A DNA stretch of 60,126 nucleotides from Microbacterium sp. 13-71-7 (GCF_002257455.1 NZ_NCKN01000001.1:1-60126); one strand, 5' to 3'. Shown: positions 27,479 to 38,199, counted from the stretch's first letter. Numbers and translations are program-made. The notes: generated from the sequence alone by a model not told the origin.

Positions 27479-28072
27479 GTGAGCGCCGACATCCCCTTCG
27501 AGATCCTGACCGACCGTCTCAGCCTGCGTCGCCCCGAGCCGGGCGACCTCGACGCCGTCTTCGCCGTCTACAGCGACCCCCGGGTGTGGACGCACTTCCC
27601 GAGCCTGCGGCCCACCGAGCCGGAGCGCATCGCCGCCATGCTCGAGCGCTGGGGGTCCAGCTGGCGGATCCATGGACTCGGATCCTGGATCGTGCGGCTG
27701 CGCGAGACCGGCGAGGTCATCGGCAACGGCGGCGTCACGATGCTCGGGGCCGACGCGCCCGACGCCGGCCCCGAGGGGCCCGCCCGCGTGTGGAACCTCG
27801 GCTACCGCCTCTCCGCGGATCACCACGGCCGCGGGTATGCGACCGAGGTGGCCCGTGCCGCGCTCGAGGCCGCGGCGCAGGTCGCCCCCGACGTCCCGGT
27901 CATCGCCTACCTCGTCGAGCACAACCGCGCCTCGGCCGCCGTCGCGGAGAAGGTCGGGCTTCGTCTCGTCCACCGTGCTCCGGATCTGGGCAACCCGGAT
28001 CCTGCCGTCCTGCGGCTCGTCTACGCGGATCGTGCCCTGATGCCCGCCCAGCTCACGGCGGCGCTGCGATGA
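27479..28072 (+). CDS. GNAT N-acetyltransferase (RimJ/RimL type)
   Basis: TDRLSLR, GRGYATE, N.AS.AVAEKVG. Confidence 0.85.
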   Translation: MSADIPFEILTDRLSLRRPEPGDLDAVFAVYSDPRVWTHFPSLRPTEPERIAAMLERWGSSWRIHGLGSWIVRLRETGEVIGNGGVTMLGADAPDAGPEGPARVWNLGYRLSADHHGRGYATEVARAALEAAAQVAPDVPVIAYLVEHNRASAAVAEKVGLRLVHRAPDLGNPDPAVLRLVYADRALMPAQLTAALR

Positions 28073-28131
28073 GACCGGCGGGAGAAAGCGCTGGCGCTCG
28101 GATCCGGTCGGGCGTATAGTCGTAGTCGGAT

Positions 28132-28147
28132 TAGTCCAGATGGACTA
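28132..28147. promoter_or_regulatory. Putative PadR operator
   Basis: TAGTCCA-GA-TGGACTA inverted repeat just upstream of the PadR-MFS operon. Confidence 0.65.
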
Positions 28148-28158
28148 GTCGGGATGGA

Positions 28159-28773
28159 GTGATTGTGAAGGATCCGGCGCTCACCTCTCTGGGGGTGATG
28201 GTGCTCGCACTGCTGAGCGAGGGCGACATGCACCCGTACGAGATGGCGCGGCTGCTGCGCGCCCGTCGCGACGACCGGATCATCCCGATCTCCAACGGCA
28301 CGCTGTACCACACCGTCTCCCGGCTGCACGGGCAGGGGCTGCTCGAGGAGGTCGGCGTCGATCGCGACGGCAACCGCCCGGAGCGCACGACCTACACGGT
28401 CACGCCTGCGGGCGCCGAGGCGGTGCGCGAATGGGTGCGCCGCGAGCTCGGCGGCAGCCGTCGGCAGACCCCGTTCCGCGTCGCCCTGGCCGAGGCGCAC
28501 AACCTCGACCGGGACGAGGCGGTCGAGCTCCTCACGCAGCGGCTCGCGCTGCTCCGCGAGGAGCTGGCGACGATCGGCGCCTCGCTCGACGGCGCCGGGA
28601 CCCGCGACGTGCCGGAGCAGTACCTCCTCGAGCCGATCCGGCACCGCCTGATGCTGCAGGCGGAGATCGACTGGCTCGGCGCCCTGATCCCCCGGATCTC
28701 ATCCCCCGACTTCTCGTGGGGGCCGGATCCGGACCACCTTCTTGCCAAGCGAAAGGCACACCAGAATGGCTGA
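28159..28773 (+). CDS. PadR family regulator
   Basis: MHPYEM, GTLYHTVSRL, ERTTYTVT. Confidence 0.88.
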   Translation: MIVKDPALTSLGVMVLALLSEGDMHPYEMARLLRARRDDRIIPISNGTLYHTVSRLHGQGLLEEVGVDRDGNRPERTTYTVTPAGAEAVREWVRRELGGSRRQTPFRVALAEAHNLDRDEAVELLTQRLALLREELATIGASLDGAGTRDVPEQYLLEPIRHRLMLQAEIDWLGALIPRISSPDFSWGPDPDHLLAKRKAHQNG

Positions 28774-30253
28774 AACCATCGGTACGTCGACCGGCGCCTA
28801 CGCCGTCGGCCACAAGCCGAAGAGCCCCTGGCCCGCCCTCTGGGCGCTGGTCATCGGCTTCTTCATGATCCTCGTGGACACCACGATCGTCTCGGTCGCG
28901 AACCCTGCCATCAAGGCCGCGCTCGACCCGTCCACGAACAATCTCGACAACGTCGTGTGGGTGACGAGCGCCTACCTGCTCGCGTACGCCGTGCCGCTGC
29001 TGATCACCGGACGCCTGGGCGACCGGTTCGGCCCGAAGAACATGTACCTGATCGGCCTGACGGTCTTCACGCTGGCCTCGCTGGGCTGCGGCCTGTCCAA
29101 CTCGCTCGGGATGCTGATCGCGTTCCGGGCCGTGCAGGGCCTCGGCGCCGCGCTGATGACGCCGCAGACCATGGCGGTCATCACGCGCACCTTCCCTGCC
29201 GAGCGCCGCGGTGCGGCGATGGGCCTGTGGGGCGCGACGGCCGGTGTGGCCACGCTCGTCGGCCCCCTGGCCGGCGGTCTGCTCGTGGACGGCCTCGGCT
29301 GGGAGTGGATCTTCTTCATCAACCTCCCGGTCGGCGTGATCGGCTTCGTGCTCGCCTGGATCCTCGTCCCGCGCCTGCAGACCCACGAGCACCGGTTCGA
29401 CATGGTCGGCGTCGTGCTCAGCGCTCTCGGCCTGTTCCTCATCGTGTTCGGGCTGCAGGAGGGCCAGCACTACGACTGGGCCGGATGGATCTGGGCGATG
29501 ATCGCGGCCGGCATCGTGGTGATGGCGGTCTTCATCTGGCAGCAGGCGAAGACCCGCAGCGAGCCTCTGGTCCCGCTCGGCCTGTTCCGCGACCGCAACT
29601 TCTCGGTCGCGAACTTCGGGATCGCGACCGTGGGCTTCACGGTGACCTCGATGTCCCTGCCGATGATGTTCTTCTACCAGCTCGCCCGCGGCCTCACGCC
29701 CACTCAGGCGGCGCTGCTGCTGATCCCGATGGCGGTGCTGTCGGGCGTGCTCGCACCGATCGCGGGCCGGATCCTCGACCGCGTGGATCCGCGCGTGCTG
29801 CTCGTGCCGGGCCTCGGCCTGACCACGGTCGCCCTGGTCTGGTACGGCCTGCTGATGACGCCGGACACCCCGATCTGGATGTTCCTGCTGCCCTCGGCGC
29901 TCATGGGCATCGGCCAGGCCGGCATGTGGGGTCCGCTGGCCACGACGGCCACGCGCAACCTCGAGCCGCGGCAGGCGGGCGCGGGCGCGGGCATCTACAA
30001 CACCACCCGGACGATCGGGTCGGTGCTCGGCTCGGCCGCGATCGCCGCGCTCATGCAGGGCCGCCTCGAGGCGAACCTTCCGGGTGCCGCGAGCCACGGC
30101 GGCGACTTCGGCACGGGCAAGCTCCCCGACTTCGTAGTGGCGGGGTTCTCCTCCGCCATGGCGCAGTCGATGATCCTGCCCGCCGCCGTCCTGCTGGTCG
30201 GCGTGATCGGGATCCTGTTCATGCAGCGTCCGGCGCACCTCGTGAAGCGCTGA
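28766..30253 (+). CDS. DHA2 family MFS efflux transporter
   Basis: DTTIVSVA, GRLGDRFG, WIFFINLPVG; about 14 TM segments. Confidence 0.92.
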   Translation: MAETIGTSTGAYAVGHKPKSPWPALWALVIGFFMILVDTTIVSVANPAIKAALDPSTNNLDNVVWVTSAYLLAYAVPLLITGRLGDRFGPKNMYLIGLTVFTLASLGCGLSNSLGMLIAFRAVQGLGAALMTPQTMAVITRTFPAERRGAAMGLWGATAGVATLVGPLAGGLLVDGLGWEWIFFINLPVGVIGFVLAWILVPRLQTHEHRFDMVGVVLSALGLFLIVFGLQEGQHYDWAGWIWAMIAAGIVVMAVFIWQQAKTRSEPLVPLGLFRDRNFSVANFGIATVGFTVTSMSLPMMFFYQLARGLTPTQAALLLIPMAVLSGVLAPIAGRILDRVDPRVLLVPGLGLTTVALVWYGLLMTPDTPIWMFLLPSALMGIGQAGMWGPLATTATRNLEPRQAGAGAGIYNTTRTIGSVLGSAAIAALMQGRLEANLPGAASHGGDFGTGKLPDFVVAGFSSAMAQSMILPAAVLLVGVIGILFMQRPAHLVKR

Positions 30254-30266
30254 CGCCGCGCCCTCT

Positions 30267-30506
30267 CGTCGACGCCCCCTCTGCGCGCCGAGACCCCCTC
30301 GTGCGGACGTCCGTGCGAGGGGGTTTCGGTACCGCGAGGGGGCGTCGACGTGCGCGGGCGGCGCTCCTCGTCTCGTCCTCCCCAGATGCGCCGCGTCATC
30401 TCTCGTCGGCGCCCCCTCTGAGCGCCGACGCCCCCTCTGAGCGCCGACGCCCCCTCGTGTGGACGACCATACGAGGGGGCTTCGGTACTGCGAGGGGGCG
30501 TCGACG
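30267..30506. repeat. Two tandem REP-like modules (CGACGCCCCCTC family), 19-nt period
   Basis: Modules 30267-30350 and 30404-30506; GCGCCGACGCCCCCTCTGA units with inverted GAGGGGG arms; related to 955-1032. Confidence 0.85.
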
Positions 30507-30599
30507 TTTGCGGGCGTGCGCGGGCGTGCGCGGGCGCGTGCGTTCGCGGGCGCGTGCGAGCCCGCCGAGCCCTGCGCCGTGCAGCCCCCGCCGCGCCGG

Positions 30600-31877
30600 C
30601 TACTGCGCGACGCGTGCGGCGATGTCGGTGCGGTGGTGCGCGCCATCGAGGCGGATCCGGCCGAGCGCCTCGTAGGCGCGGGCGCGGGCGTCGGCGAAGT
30701 CGGATCCGGTCGCGACCACGTTCAGCACGCGGCCGCCGGTCGCGATGAGGTTGCCGCCGGGGGCGTCGGGGCCCGCGGTCGCCGCGTGCACGACGCTGAC
30801 GCCCTCGACGGTCGCCGCCTCGGCCAGGCCCTCGATCGGGCGACCGGTCTGCGGCGCTTCGGGGTAGCCCTCGCTCGCGAGCACGACGGTGATCGCGACG
30901 TCGTCGCGGAACTCGGGCTGCGGCTCGTCCTCGAGCGTGCCGGTCGCGGCGGCGAGCAGCAGCCGCGACAGCGGGGTGCGCAGGCGCGGAAGCACCACCT
31001 GGGTCTCCGGGTCGCCGAAGCGCGCGTTGAACTCGATCACGCGCACGCCGTTCGGCGTGAGGATGAGGCCCGCGTAGAGGAGGCCGATGAACGGCGTGCC
31101 CTCGGCGTCGAGCTGCTTCACGACCGGGAGGGCGACGGTGCGGGTGACCTCCTCGACGAAGGCCGCCTCGCTGCCGAACTGCTCGTCCAGCCACGGCAGC
31201 GGCGAGTAGGCGCCCATGCCGCCGGTGTTCGGCCCCTCGTCGCCGTCGAAGGCGCGCTTGAAGTCCTGCGCGGGGCTCAGCGCGCGGACGGAGTCGCCGT
31301 CGCTGAGGAAGAACAGCGAGACCTCGGGACCGGTGAGGAACTCCTCGACGAGCACAGGGCCGTGCGGAAGGTAGTGCTCGGCGTGGGCGAGCGCGGCGGC
31401 GCGGTCGGGGGTGACGATGACGCCCTTGCCGGCCGCGAGCCCGTCGGCCTTCACCACGTACGGCGCGCCCAGGTCGTCGAACGCGGCCTCGACCTCCGCC
31501 GCGGTCGCGGCGCGCACCGCGCGGCCGGTCGGCACCGAGGCCGCCTCCATGATCCGCTTCGCGAAGGCCTTGGATCCCTCCAGCTGTGCTGCGGCGCGAC
31601 CGGGTCCGAACACCGGGATCCCGTGCGCGCGCACCACGTCGGCGACGCCCGCGACGAGCGGCGCCTCCGGGCCGATCACGACGAGGTCGACGCCGTGCTC
31701 GTCGGCGAACGCGCGGACGGCCGCGCCGTCCATCGGATCCACCTCGACCAGCGTCGCGTCCTGCGCGATCCCGGCGTTGCCGGGGGCGCAGAGGATCTCA
31801 TGGCCCTTCCTCTCGGCGCGCAGGGCGAGGATGATCGCGTGCTCACGGGCACCGGAACCGAGGACGAGGATCTTCAC
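30600..31877 (-). CDS. purD: Phosphoribosylamine-glycine ligase
   Basis: GSGAREHA, GPEAPL, KADGLAAGKGV, GPNTGGMG, EFNARFGDPE. Confidence 0.97.
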   Translation of the reverse strand: MKILVLGSGAREHAIILALRAERKGHEILCAPGNAGIAQDATLVEVDPMDGAAVRAFADEHGVDLVVIGPEAPLVAGVADVVRAHGIPVFGPGRAAAQLEGSKAFAKRIMEAASVPTGRAVRAATAAEVEAAFDDLGAPYVVKADGLAAGKGVIVTPDRAAALAHAEHYLPHGPVLVEEFLTGPEVSLFFLSDGDSVRALSPAQDFKRAFDGDEGPNTGGMGAYSPLPWLDEQFGSEAAFVEEVTRTVALPVVKQLDAEGTPFIGLLYAGLILTPNGVRVIEFNARFGDPETQVVLPRLRTPLSRLLLAAATGTLEDEPQPEFRDDVAITVVLASEGYPEAPQTGRPIEGLAEAATVEGVSVVHAATAGPDAPGGNLIATGGRVLNVVATGSDFADARARAYEALGRIRLDGAHHRTDIAARVAQ

Positions 31878-31933
31878 CCCGTCAGCCTACCGAGCGGGCG
31901 CCCGTCGATGACGGTCGTGAAGCCGCGCGACCG

Positions 31934-32632
31934 TCACACCTCGAGGCGGATGGGCCGTTCGTCGGCGCGGTCCCAGGGCAGGGTCCATCCGGCGGCCTCG
32001 AAGACGCCGTCGAGCACCATCGCCGTGAAGCCCCACACGATCGTGCCGTCGACGTCGAAGGCGGGGCCGCGGAAGGTCTGCCCCATCCGGGTGAGCGTCG
32101 AGGTGAAGCGGGTCGCCGGATCCAGCAGCGTCGCGACCGGGACGCGGAACACCTGCACGGTCTCGGCGTGATCCACCGCGACCACCCGCGAGGGCTCGCG
32201 CCACCAGCCCAGCACCGGGGTGACGAGATGGTTGCTGGCGGCGAGGGGGATCTCCGGGAGGGTCGCGAGGATCTCGACGCCGGCCGGATCCAGCCCGGTC
32301 TCCTCCTGCGCCTCGCGGAGGGCCGTCGCGGCGGGATCCGGATCCGCCTCCTCGCGGCGACCGCCGGGGAACGAGACCTGCCCCGGGTGCGAGGAGAGCG
32401 TCGCGGCACGGCGCTGCAGCAGCACGTCGAGATCGGCGGGCACCGTGACCGCATCCGCGTCGGACGGCTCGTCGTCGAGGCGGCCGAACAGGATCAGCAC
32501 GGACGCGGCGTGCGCATCGTCGTCGACCCCGGGGAAGCGGCCGAGGCCGAGCGCGCCCTTCGCCGCCGCCGCGAGCAGGTCGGCGCGCGCCCCGGCGGTG
32601 TCCGTGGCGGGTGTCTCGGCGGAGGAAGTCAT
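31934..32632 (-). CDS. Nudix hydrolase (CoA pyrophosphatase type)
   Basis: HPGQVSFPGG..E...ALREAQEETG, VWGFTA. Confidence 0.9.
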   Translation of the reverse strand: MTSSAETPATDTAGARADLLAAAAKGALGLGRFPGVDDDAHAASVLILFGRLDDEPSDADAVTVPADLDVLLQRRAATLSSHPGQVSFPGGRREEADPDPAATALREAQEETGLDPAGVEILATLPEIPLAASNHLVTPVLGWWREPSRVVAVDHAETVQVFRVPVATLLDPATRFTSTLTRMGQTFRGPAFDVDGTIVWGFTAMVLDGVFEAAGWTLPWDRADERPIRLEV

Positions 32633-32670
32633 CGTGCCGAGCCTATGCCCGCGGTGCCTAGCATGGACCT

Positions 32671-33039
32671 ATGGCGAGCAGGATCGACACGACGGCGGGG
32701 CGCGCGGCGCTCGATGCCGCGCGTGCGGCGCTCGGCGCGGGCGGGAAGCCCGCCCGCGCCGACTACGCCACGGCCGTCCGCTATCTGCTGCAGCTGCTGG
32801 ACGAGAAGGCGCCGGGCAACAGCGTCGAGGTGCGCGTGCCGCCGTTCGGCGCGGTGCAGGTCGTGCAGGGTCCCCGGCACACCCGCGGCACCCCGCCGAA
32901 CGTCGTCGAACTGGATCCGGCCACGTGGATCGCGGTCGCGACCGGATCCGAGACCTGGGCGTCGGCGCTCGACGCCGGGCGGATCCATGCCTCCGGCACT
33001 CGCGCGGACCTCACCGAGCTGCTGCCGCTGCGCCCCTGA
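32671..33039 (+). CDS. Bacterial sterol-carrier (SCP) family protein
   Basis: APGNSVEVRVPPFGAVQ..GPRHTRGTPPNVVE. Confidence 0.82.
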   Translation: MASRIDTTAGRAALDAARAALGAGGKPARADYATAVRYLLQLLDEKAPGNSVEVRVPPFGAVQVVQGPRHTRGTPPNVVELDPATWIAVATGSETWASALDAGRIHASGTRADLTELLPLRP

Positions 33040-33159
33040 CCCGGCGGGGCATCCGCTCGCCGCGTGAGACGCAGGCCGCCGCGGAGCCCGCATCTCGCGC
33101 CTCGGCCGGGGCGCGCCCTCCGCGGATCTCCGCACAGGCGCGCGTGGGACAATGGAGGC

Positions 33160-33477
33160 ATGAGCACGCCGCAACCGGACCGCACGCCCGAGATCGTCGA
33201 GGCGCGCGTCCGTCGTGCGCCGCGCTGGGGCGTCTTCCTCGGCATCGGCGTGGGGGTGGGCGTGGTCCTCGCGTTCGTGCTGACCGTGTTCGGCAACTTC
33301 GGCGCGTCGGAGGCCACGCAGGTCGCCTACCCGTTCGGGCAGGTGTTCGGCTTCCTGCTGCTGTGGACGGTTCCGGTCGGCATCGCCCTGCTGGGCGTCA
33401 TCGCGCTGATCTTCGAACGCACCGCGCGCCGCAGCGAGCGCGTGGTCCGCGTCGATCGCGAGACCGTCGCGGAGTAG
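33160..33477 (+). CDS. Small 2-TM hypothetical membrane protein
   Basis: VRRAPRW followed by two hydrophobic segments. Confidence 0.65.
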   Translation: MSTPQPDRTPEIVEARVRRAPRWGVFLGIGVGVGVVLAFVLTVFGNFGASEATQVAYPFGQVFGFLLLWTVPVGIALLGVIALIFERTARRSERVVRVDRETVAE

Positions 33478-33529
33478 CCCCCTCGGGTCGCGGCCCGAGC
33501 CCGGGAGGGCTCCGCGCGCCCGGACCTCG

Positions 33530-34129
33530 TCACGCCACTTCGGCGATGACGGGGCGGATCGCGCTGTCGAAGTCCACGGGGTCGTGGCGGAGGCTGTCGG
33601 TGACCGCGATGCTGAACGCCCCGATGCGCCAGATCCCGCGCTGCGCGAGCGGCAGCACGTGCACGTTGAGCTCGAAGGAGTGCGCGCGGCGTCCGGTGTC
33701 GCGCTCGAACTCCGCGAGTGCGGCGGCGTAGGCGCGGTACGGGTCGCCCGTGCCGGAGACCGAGCGCGAGTAGCGCTGCTGGGCCTCCTTCGCGTAGCGC
33801 ACCACCTCGGAGGCGAACGGCGCGATCGCGGCCCGCAGCCGCTCCGCGCCCACGGCGGGGAGCGCGACGATCGTGTCGAACCCGTCGATGAGCTCAAGCG
33901 GCGACGTGGAGGGGTGCGTCTCGGGTTCGACCGTCATGTCCCAGTACGCCCGCCACTGCCGCTCGAGCGCGTCGTCCACCCCGCCGTCGTCGAACGCGCG
34001 CAGCGGATGGTCCCTCAACGTGGGGAGCTCGGGAGGGATCCGGATCCCGAGACGCTGGCGCAGCGCGAGCGCGATGAGCACCGGGATCCCGGCCTCCTCG
34101 CGCACCAGCCACTGCGGCTTGTCGACCAT
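33530..34129 (-). CDS. Hypothetical protein
   Basis: Clean ORF filling the gap; TACGAT-N6-ATG leaderless signature. Confidence 0.65.
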   Translation of the reverse strand: MVDKPQWLVREEAGIPVLIALALRQRLGIRIPPELPTLRDHPLRAFDDGGVDDALERQWRAYWDMTVEPETHPSTSPLELIDGFDTIVALPAVGAERLRAAIAPFASEVVRYAKEAQQRYSRSVSGTGDPYRAYAAALAEFERDTGRRAHSFELNVHVLPLAQRGIWRIGAFSIAVTDSLRHDPVDFDSAIRPVIAEVA

Positions 34130-34269
34130 GCGCCCATCGTACGGATTTCCGGGCCGCGCGGGGCCTGTTTGCGGGTCACGATCGCGGACGCGGATCCCGG
34201 GCGCCGTCCCGCCTCCCCGAGCCCCGGCCCGCGGGCGATCGCACAGCCGCCCGCCGGTAGGATTGTCGG

Positions 34270-35385
34270 GTGTCCTCCCGCACCTATGCTGAGGCCGGCG
34301 TCGATACGGCAGCCGGCGATCGAGCCGTCGAACTCATGAAGTCCGCCGTCCGTGCCACGCACGGACCCGAGGTTCTCGGCGGGGTCGGCGGATTCGCCGG
34401 TCTCTTCGACGCCTCCGCCCTGCTCGGCTATCGTCGGCCGCTGCTCGCCTCGAGCACCGACGGCGTTGGCACCAAGGTCGCGATCGCGCAGGCGATCGAC
34501 AAGCACGACACGATCGGGCACGACCTGGTCGGCATGGTCGTGGACGACATCGTCGTGGTCGGCGCGAAGCCGCTGTTCATGACCGACTACATCGCCTGCG
34601 GCAAGGTCTTCCCCGAGCGCATCGCCGACATCGTGCGCGGCATCGCCGAGGCCTGCGAGCTCACCGGCACCGCCCTCGTCGGCGGCGAGACGGCGGAGCA
34701 CCCCGGCCTGCTGGGCGTCGACGACTACGACGTCGCGGGCGCGGCGACCGGAATCGTCGAGGCGGACCGGATCCTCGGGTCCGAGCGCGTGCAGGACGGC
34801 GACGTCGTCCTCGCCCTCGCCTCGAGCGGACTGCACTCGAACGGCTACTCGCTCGTGCGGCACATCCTCGCGAAGGCCGGGATCGGCTACGCCGACCGGG
34901 CCGTCGACCTCGGCGCCACCTGGGGCGAGGCGCTGCTCACCCCCACCCGCCTCTACACGACCCCGCTGCTCGGCATCGCCGACCGCTTCGACGGCGCCGT
35001 GCACTCCCTCAGCCACGTCACCGGCGGCGGCATCGCGGCCAACCTCGCGCGCGTCCTGCCGCAGGGATCCTGGGCCGAGGTCGACCGCTCCACGTGGTCG
35101 CCCGCCCCGGTGTTCCGCGTGCTGAGCGACCTGGCCGGCACCACGCTGGAGTCCAGCGAGGGCACCTGGAACCTGGGCATCGGCTTCCTCGCCGTCGTCG
35201 ATGCCTCGTCCGCGACCGCGATCGCCGAGGCGCTCACGACCGGCGGCATCGACACCTGGCAGGTCGGGACGGTGCGGCTCGACGCCGTGGCCGCGCGCCC
35301 GGCCGGCGACTTCGAACAGGGCGCCAAGGGCGTCGACGGCGGTGCCGTGCGCCTGGTCGGCGCCTACGCGGACGGAGCGAACTGA
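34270..35385 (+). CDS. purM: Phosphoribosylformylglycinamidine cyclo-ligase
   Basis: YAEAGVD, STDGVGTK, GGETAEHPG, SSGLHSNGYS, HVTGGG. Confidence 0.96.
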   Translation: MSSRTYAEAGVDTAAGDRAVELMKSAVRATHGPEVLGGVGGFAGLFDASALLGYRRPLLASSTDGVGTKVAIAQAIDKHDTIGHDLVGMVVDDIVVVGAKPLFMTDYIACGKVFPERIADIVRGIAEACELTGTALVGGETAEHPGLLGVDDYDVAGAATGIVEADRILGSERVQDGDVVLALASSGLHSNGYSLVRHILAKAGIGYADRAVDLGATWGEALLTPTRLYTTPLLGIADRFDGAVHSLSHVTGGGIAANLARVLPQGSWAEVDRSTWSPAPVFRVLSDLAGTTLESSEGTWNLGIGFLAVVDASSATAIAEALTTGGIDTWQVGTVRLDAVAARPAGDFEQGAKGVDGGAVRLVGAYADGAN

Positions 35386-35390
35386 CACCC

Positions 35391-36848
35391 ATGTGCGGCA
35401 TCGTCGGAATGGTCGGGCACAGCCCGGTCAACCAGGACATCTACGACGCGCTCCTTCTGCTGCAGCACCGCGGGCAGGACGCGACCGGCATCGCCACGGC
35501 AGAGCCCGGCGGCGTCATGCACATGGCCAAGGCGGAGGGCATGGTGCGCGAGGCCTTCCGCACGCGCGACATGCGCTCGCTGCTCGGCAACGTCGGCCTC
35601 GGCCACGTCCGCTACGCGACCAAGGGCACCGCGTCGAGCGAGGAGGAGGCCCAGCCGTTCTACGTGAACGCGCCGTACGGCATCGTCCTCATCCACAACG
35701 GCAACCTCACCAACACGCGCGAGCTGACCGCCGACATGGCGCACCGCGACCGCCGTCACCTGAACTCGTCGAGCGACACCGAGCTGCTGCTCAACGTGCT
35801 CGCGCACGAGCTGCAGACCACGACCTCGACCGTCGACCTCGACTCGGAGCGGATCTTCGAGGCCGTCGCGCGCACGCACGAGCGGATCGAGGGCGCCTAT
35901 GCCGTCATCGCGATCCTCGCCGGCTACGGGCTGCTCGCCTTCCGGGATCCGTTCGGGATCCGGCCGCTGATCCTGGGCAAGCGGGTCAGGGACGGCAAGG
36001 AGGAGTGGGTCGTGGCGAGCGAGTCGCTCGTCCTCGAGAACGGCGACTACGAGGTCGTCCGCGAGATCGAGCCCGGTGAGGCCGTCTTCATCACGAACGA
36101 CGGCACGCTGTTCTCGAAGCAGTGCGCCAAGGCTCCGACCCTCGCGCCCTGCGCGTTCGAGTACGTGTACCTGGCCCGTCCCGACTCCGTCATGAACGGC
36201 ATCTCGGTCTACGAGTCGCGCCTGCGCATGGGCGACCGCCTCGCCGACACGATCGCAAAGCACGTGCCGCTCGAGGAGATCGACGTGGTCATGCCGATCC
36301 CCGACTCCTCGCGCCCCGCCGCGATGGAGGTCGCCCGCAAGCTCGGCATCGAGTACCGCGAGGGCTTCTACAAGAACCGCTACGTGGGCCGGACCTTCAT
36401 CATGCCCGGCCAGGCGGTGCGCAAGAAGAGCGTGCGGCAGAAGCTGAACGCGATGTCGACCGAGTTCAAGGGCAAGAACGTGCTGCTCATCGACGACTCG
36501 ATCGTGCGCGGCACGACCTCGAAGCAGATCATCCAGATGGCGCGCGACGCCGGCGCGAAGTCGGTGATCTTCGCCTCCGCGGCCCCGCCGATCCGCCACC
36601 CGCACGTGTACGGCATCAACATGCCCTCGAAGCACGAGCTCATCGCGCACGGCCGGACGATCCCCGAGATCGCCGAGGTGCTGGGCGCCGATCGTCTCGT
36701 GTACCAGGAGGTCGAGGACCTCAAGGCGGCGATCACCGAGGGATCCGAACTCACCGATCTCGACATGAGCCCCTTCGACGGCCGGTACGTCACCGGAACC
36801 GTCACCGAGGAGTATCTGGGCTGGCTCGAGGGGGCGCAGACCTCGTGA
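35391..36848 (+). CDS. purF: Amidophosphoribosyltransferase
   Basis: MCGIVG, LQHRGQD, GHVRY, HNGNL, IDDSIVRGTT. Confidence 0.97.
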   Translation: MCGIVGMVGHSPVNQDIYDALLLLQHRGQDATGIATAEPGGVMHMAKAEGMVREAFRTRDMRSLLGNVGLGHVRYATKGTASSEEEAQPFYVNAPYGIVLIHNGNLTNTRELTADMAHRDRRHLNSSSDTELLLNVLAHELQTTTSTVDLDSERIFEAVARTHERIEGAYAVIAILAGYGLLAFRDPFGIRPLILGKRVRDGKEEWVVASESLVLENGDYEVVREIEPGEAVFITNDGTLFSKQCAKAPTLAPCAFEYVYLARPDSVMNGISVYESRLRMGDRLADTIAKHVPLEEIDVVMPIPDSSRPAAMEVARKLGIEYREGFYKNRYVGRTFIMPGQAVRKKSVRQKLNAMSTEFKGKNVLLIDDSIVRGTTSKQIIQMARDAGAKSVIFASAAPPIRHPHVYGINMPSKHELIAHGRTIPEIAEVLGADRLVYQEVEDLKAAITEGSELTDLDMSPFDGRYVTGTVTEEYLGWLEGAQTS

Positions 36849-36861
36849 TCCGGGGCGCGCG

Positions 36862-38196
36862 ATGACGGCCGGCGCCGCGCGTCCGCTGTGGCAGGGGCGC
36901 ACCCTCGCCGTGCTCGGGATCGTGCTGTGCGCGTTCTCGCTGCGCTCGGCGGTGGCCTCGCTGTCCCCGGTCGTCGACCTGATCGGGCGCGACTTCCCGC
37001 TCTCGCCCGCGATCATCGGCCTGATCGGCACGGCCCCGCCGGTCTGCTTCGCGCTGTTCGGCCTGCTGACGCCGCTCTTCGAGCGCCGGCTCGGCCTGGA
37101 GCGGGTGGCGGTCATCGCGCTGAGCGCGGTGACGCTCGGGCTCATCGCGCGCGGCGTCGCGGTGGATGCGGTGACGCTCGTGATCGCCACCGCGCTCGTC
37201 TTCGCGGGCGTCGGCATGGCGAACATCCTGATGCCGCCGCTCGTGAAGAAGTACTTCGCGGACCGCATGGGGCTGATGATGACGGTCTACACGACCGTCA
37301 TGGCCTTCTCGACGTTCCTGCCGCCGCTCGTCGCCGTGCCGATCGCGGAGACCGCGGGCTGGCGCACCTCGCTCTCGATGTGGGCCGTGTTCGCGCTCGC
37401 CGGCACGATCCCGTGGATCGTCATGCTCGTGCGGGACCGGACCGGTGCGCCGCGGGATGCGGCCGCCGCGGATCCGGATCCGGAGCCGGAGGACCGGATC
37501 CGGGAGGGCCGCGACGTCTCGCTCGAGGATGCGGTCGCGGTCGCGACGGGGCCGATCGTCGTGGCCCCCTCCAACGGGCGCATCTTCGCGCGGATGCCGA
37601 GGATCCCGCTGGCCTGGGCGCTCGCCGCCGTGTTCGCGACCTCCTCGACCATGGCGTACGCCTCCTTCGCCTGGCTGCCGACGATCCTCGTGCAGTACGA
37701 GGGCGTGAGCGCCCAGGCGGCGGGACCCCTGCTGTCGCTGTTCGCGTTCATCGGCCTGCCGGCATCGCTCGTCGTGCCGCTGCTCGTGGTGCGCTTCCGC
37801 GCCACGACGCCGCTCTACATCATCGGCGCGCTCGGCGGCCTGGTCGGCGCGCTCGGGCTCATCCTCTGGAACCGGCCCGAGCTCGCGTGGCTCTGGGTGA
37901 GCCTGTTCGGCCTGGTCGGCCTGCTGTTCCCCCTCGCGCTCGTGCTCATCAGCATCCGCGCACGGGAGCCGGAGACGGCGGTGGCGCTGAGCGGGTTCGT
38001 GCAGAGCATCGGCTACACGGTCGCCGCGATCTTCCCGGTGCTGCTGGGAGTGCTGCACACCGCCACCGGCGGCTGGCAGGTCCCGCTGTGGGTGCTCGCG
38101 ATCATGCTCGTGCTGTCGATCCCCGCCGGTGTCATCGTCGGACGCCCGCGCACGGTCGAGGCGGACTGGGAGCGCCGGCACGGCCGACGCTGGTAG
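36862..38196 (+). CDS. MFS transporter (CynX/cyanate permease-like)
   Basis: LRSAVASLSP, LSGFVQSIGY; about 12 TM segments. Confidence 0.85.
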   Translation: MTAGAARPLWQGRTLAVLGIVLCAFSLRSAVASLSPVVDLIGRDFPLSPAIIGLIGTAPPVCFALFGLLTPLFERRLGLERVAVIALSAVTLGLIARGVAVDAVTLVIATALVFAGVGMANILMPPLVKKYFADRMGLMMTVYTTVMAFSTFLPPLVAVPIAETAGWRTSLSMWAVFALAGTIPWIVMLVRDRTGAPRDAAAADPDPEPEDRIREGRDVSLEDAVAVATGPIVVAPSNGRIFARMPRIPLAWALAAVFATSSTMAYASFAWLPTILVQYEGVSAQAAGPLLSLFAFIGLPASLVVPLLVVRFRATTPLYIIGALGGLVGALGLILWNRPELAWLWVSLFGLVGLLFPLALVLISIRAREPETAVALSGFVQSIGYTVAAIFPVLLGVLHTATGGWQVPLWVLAIMLVLSIPAGVIVGRPRTVEADWERRHGRRW

Positions 38197-38199
38197 GGG

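Noticed and set aside
30510-30560. GCGGGCGTGC-type short tandem repeats
   Set aside because: Low-complexity degenerate run next to REP modules; no evidence of independent function.
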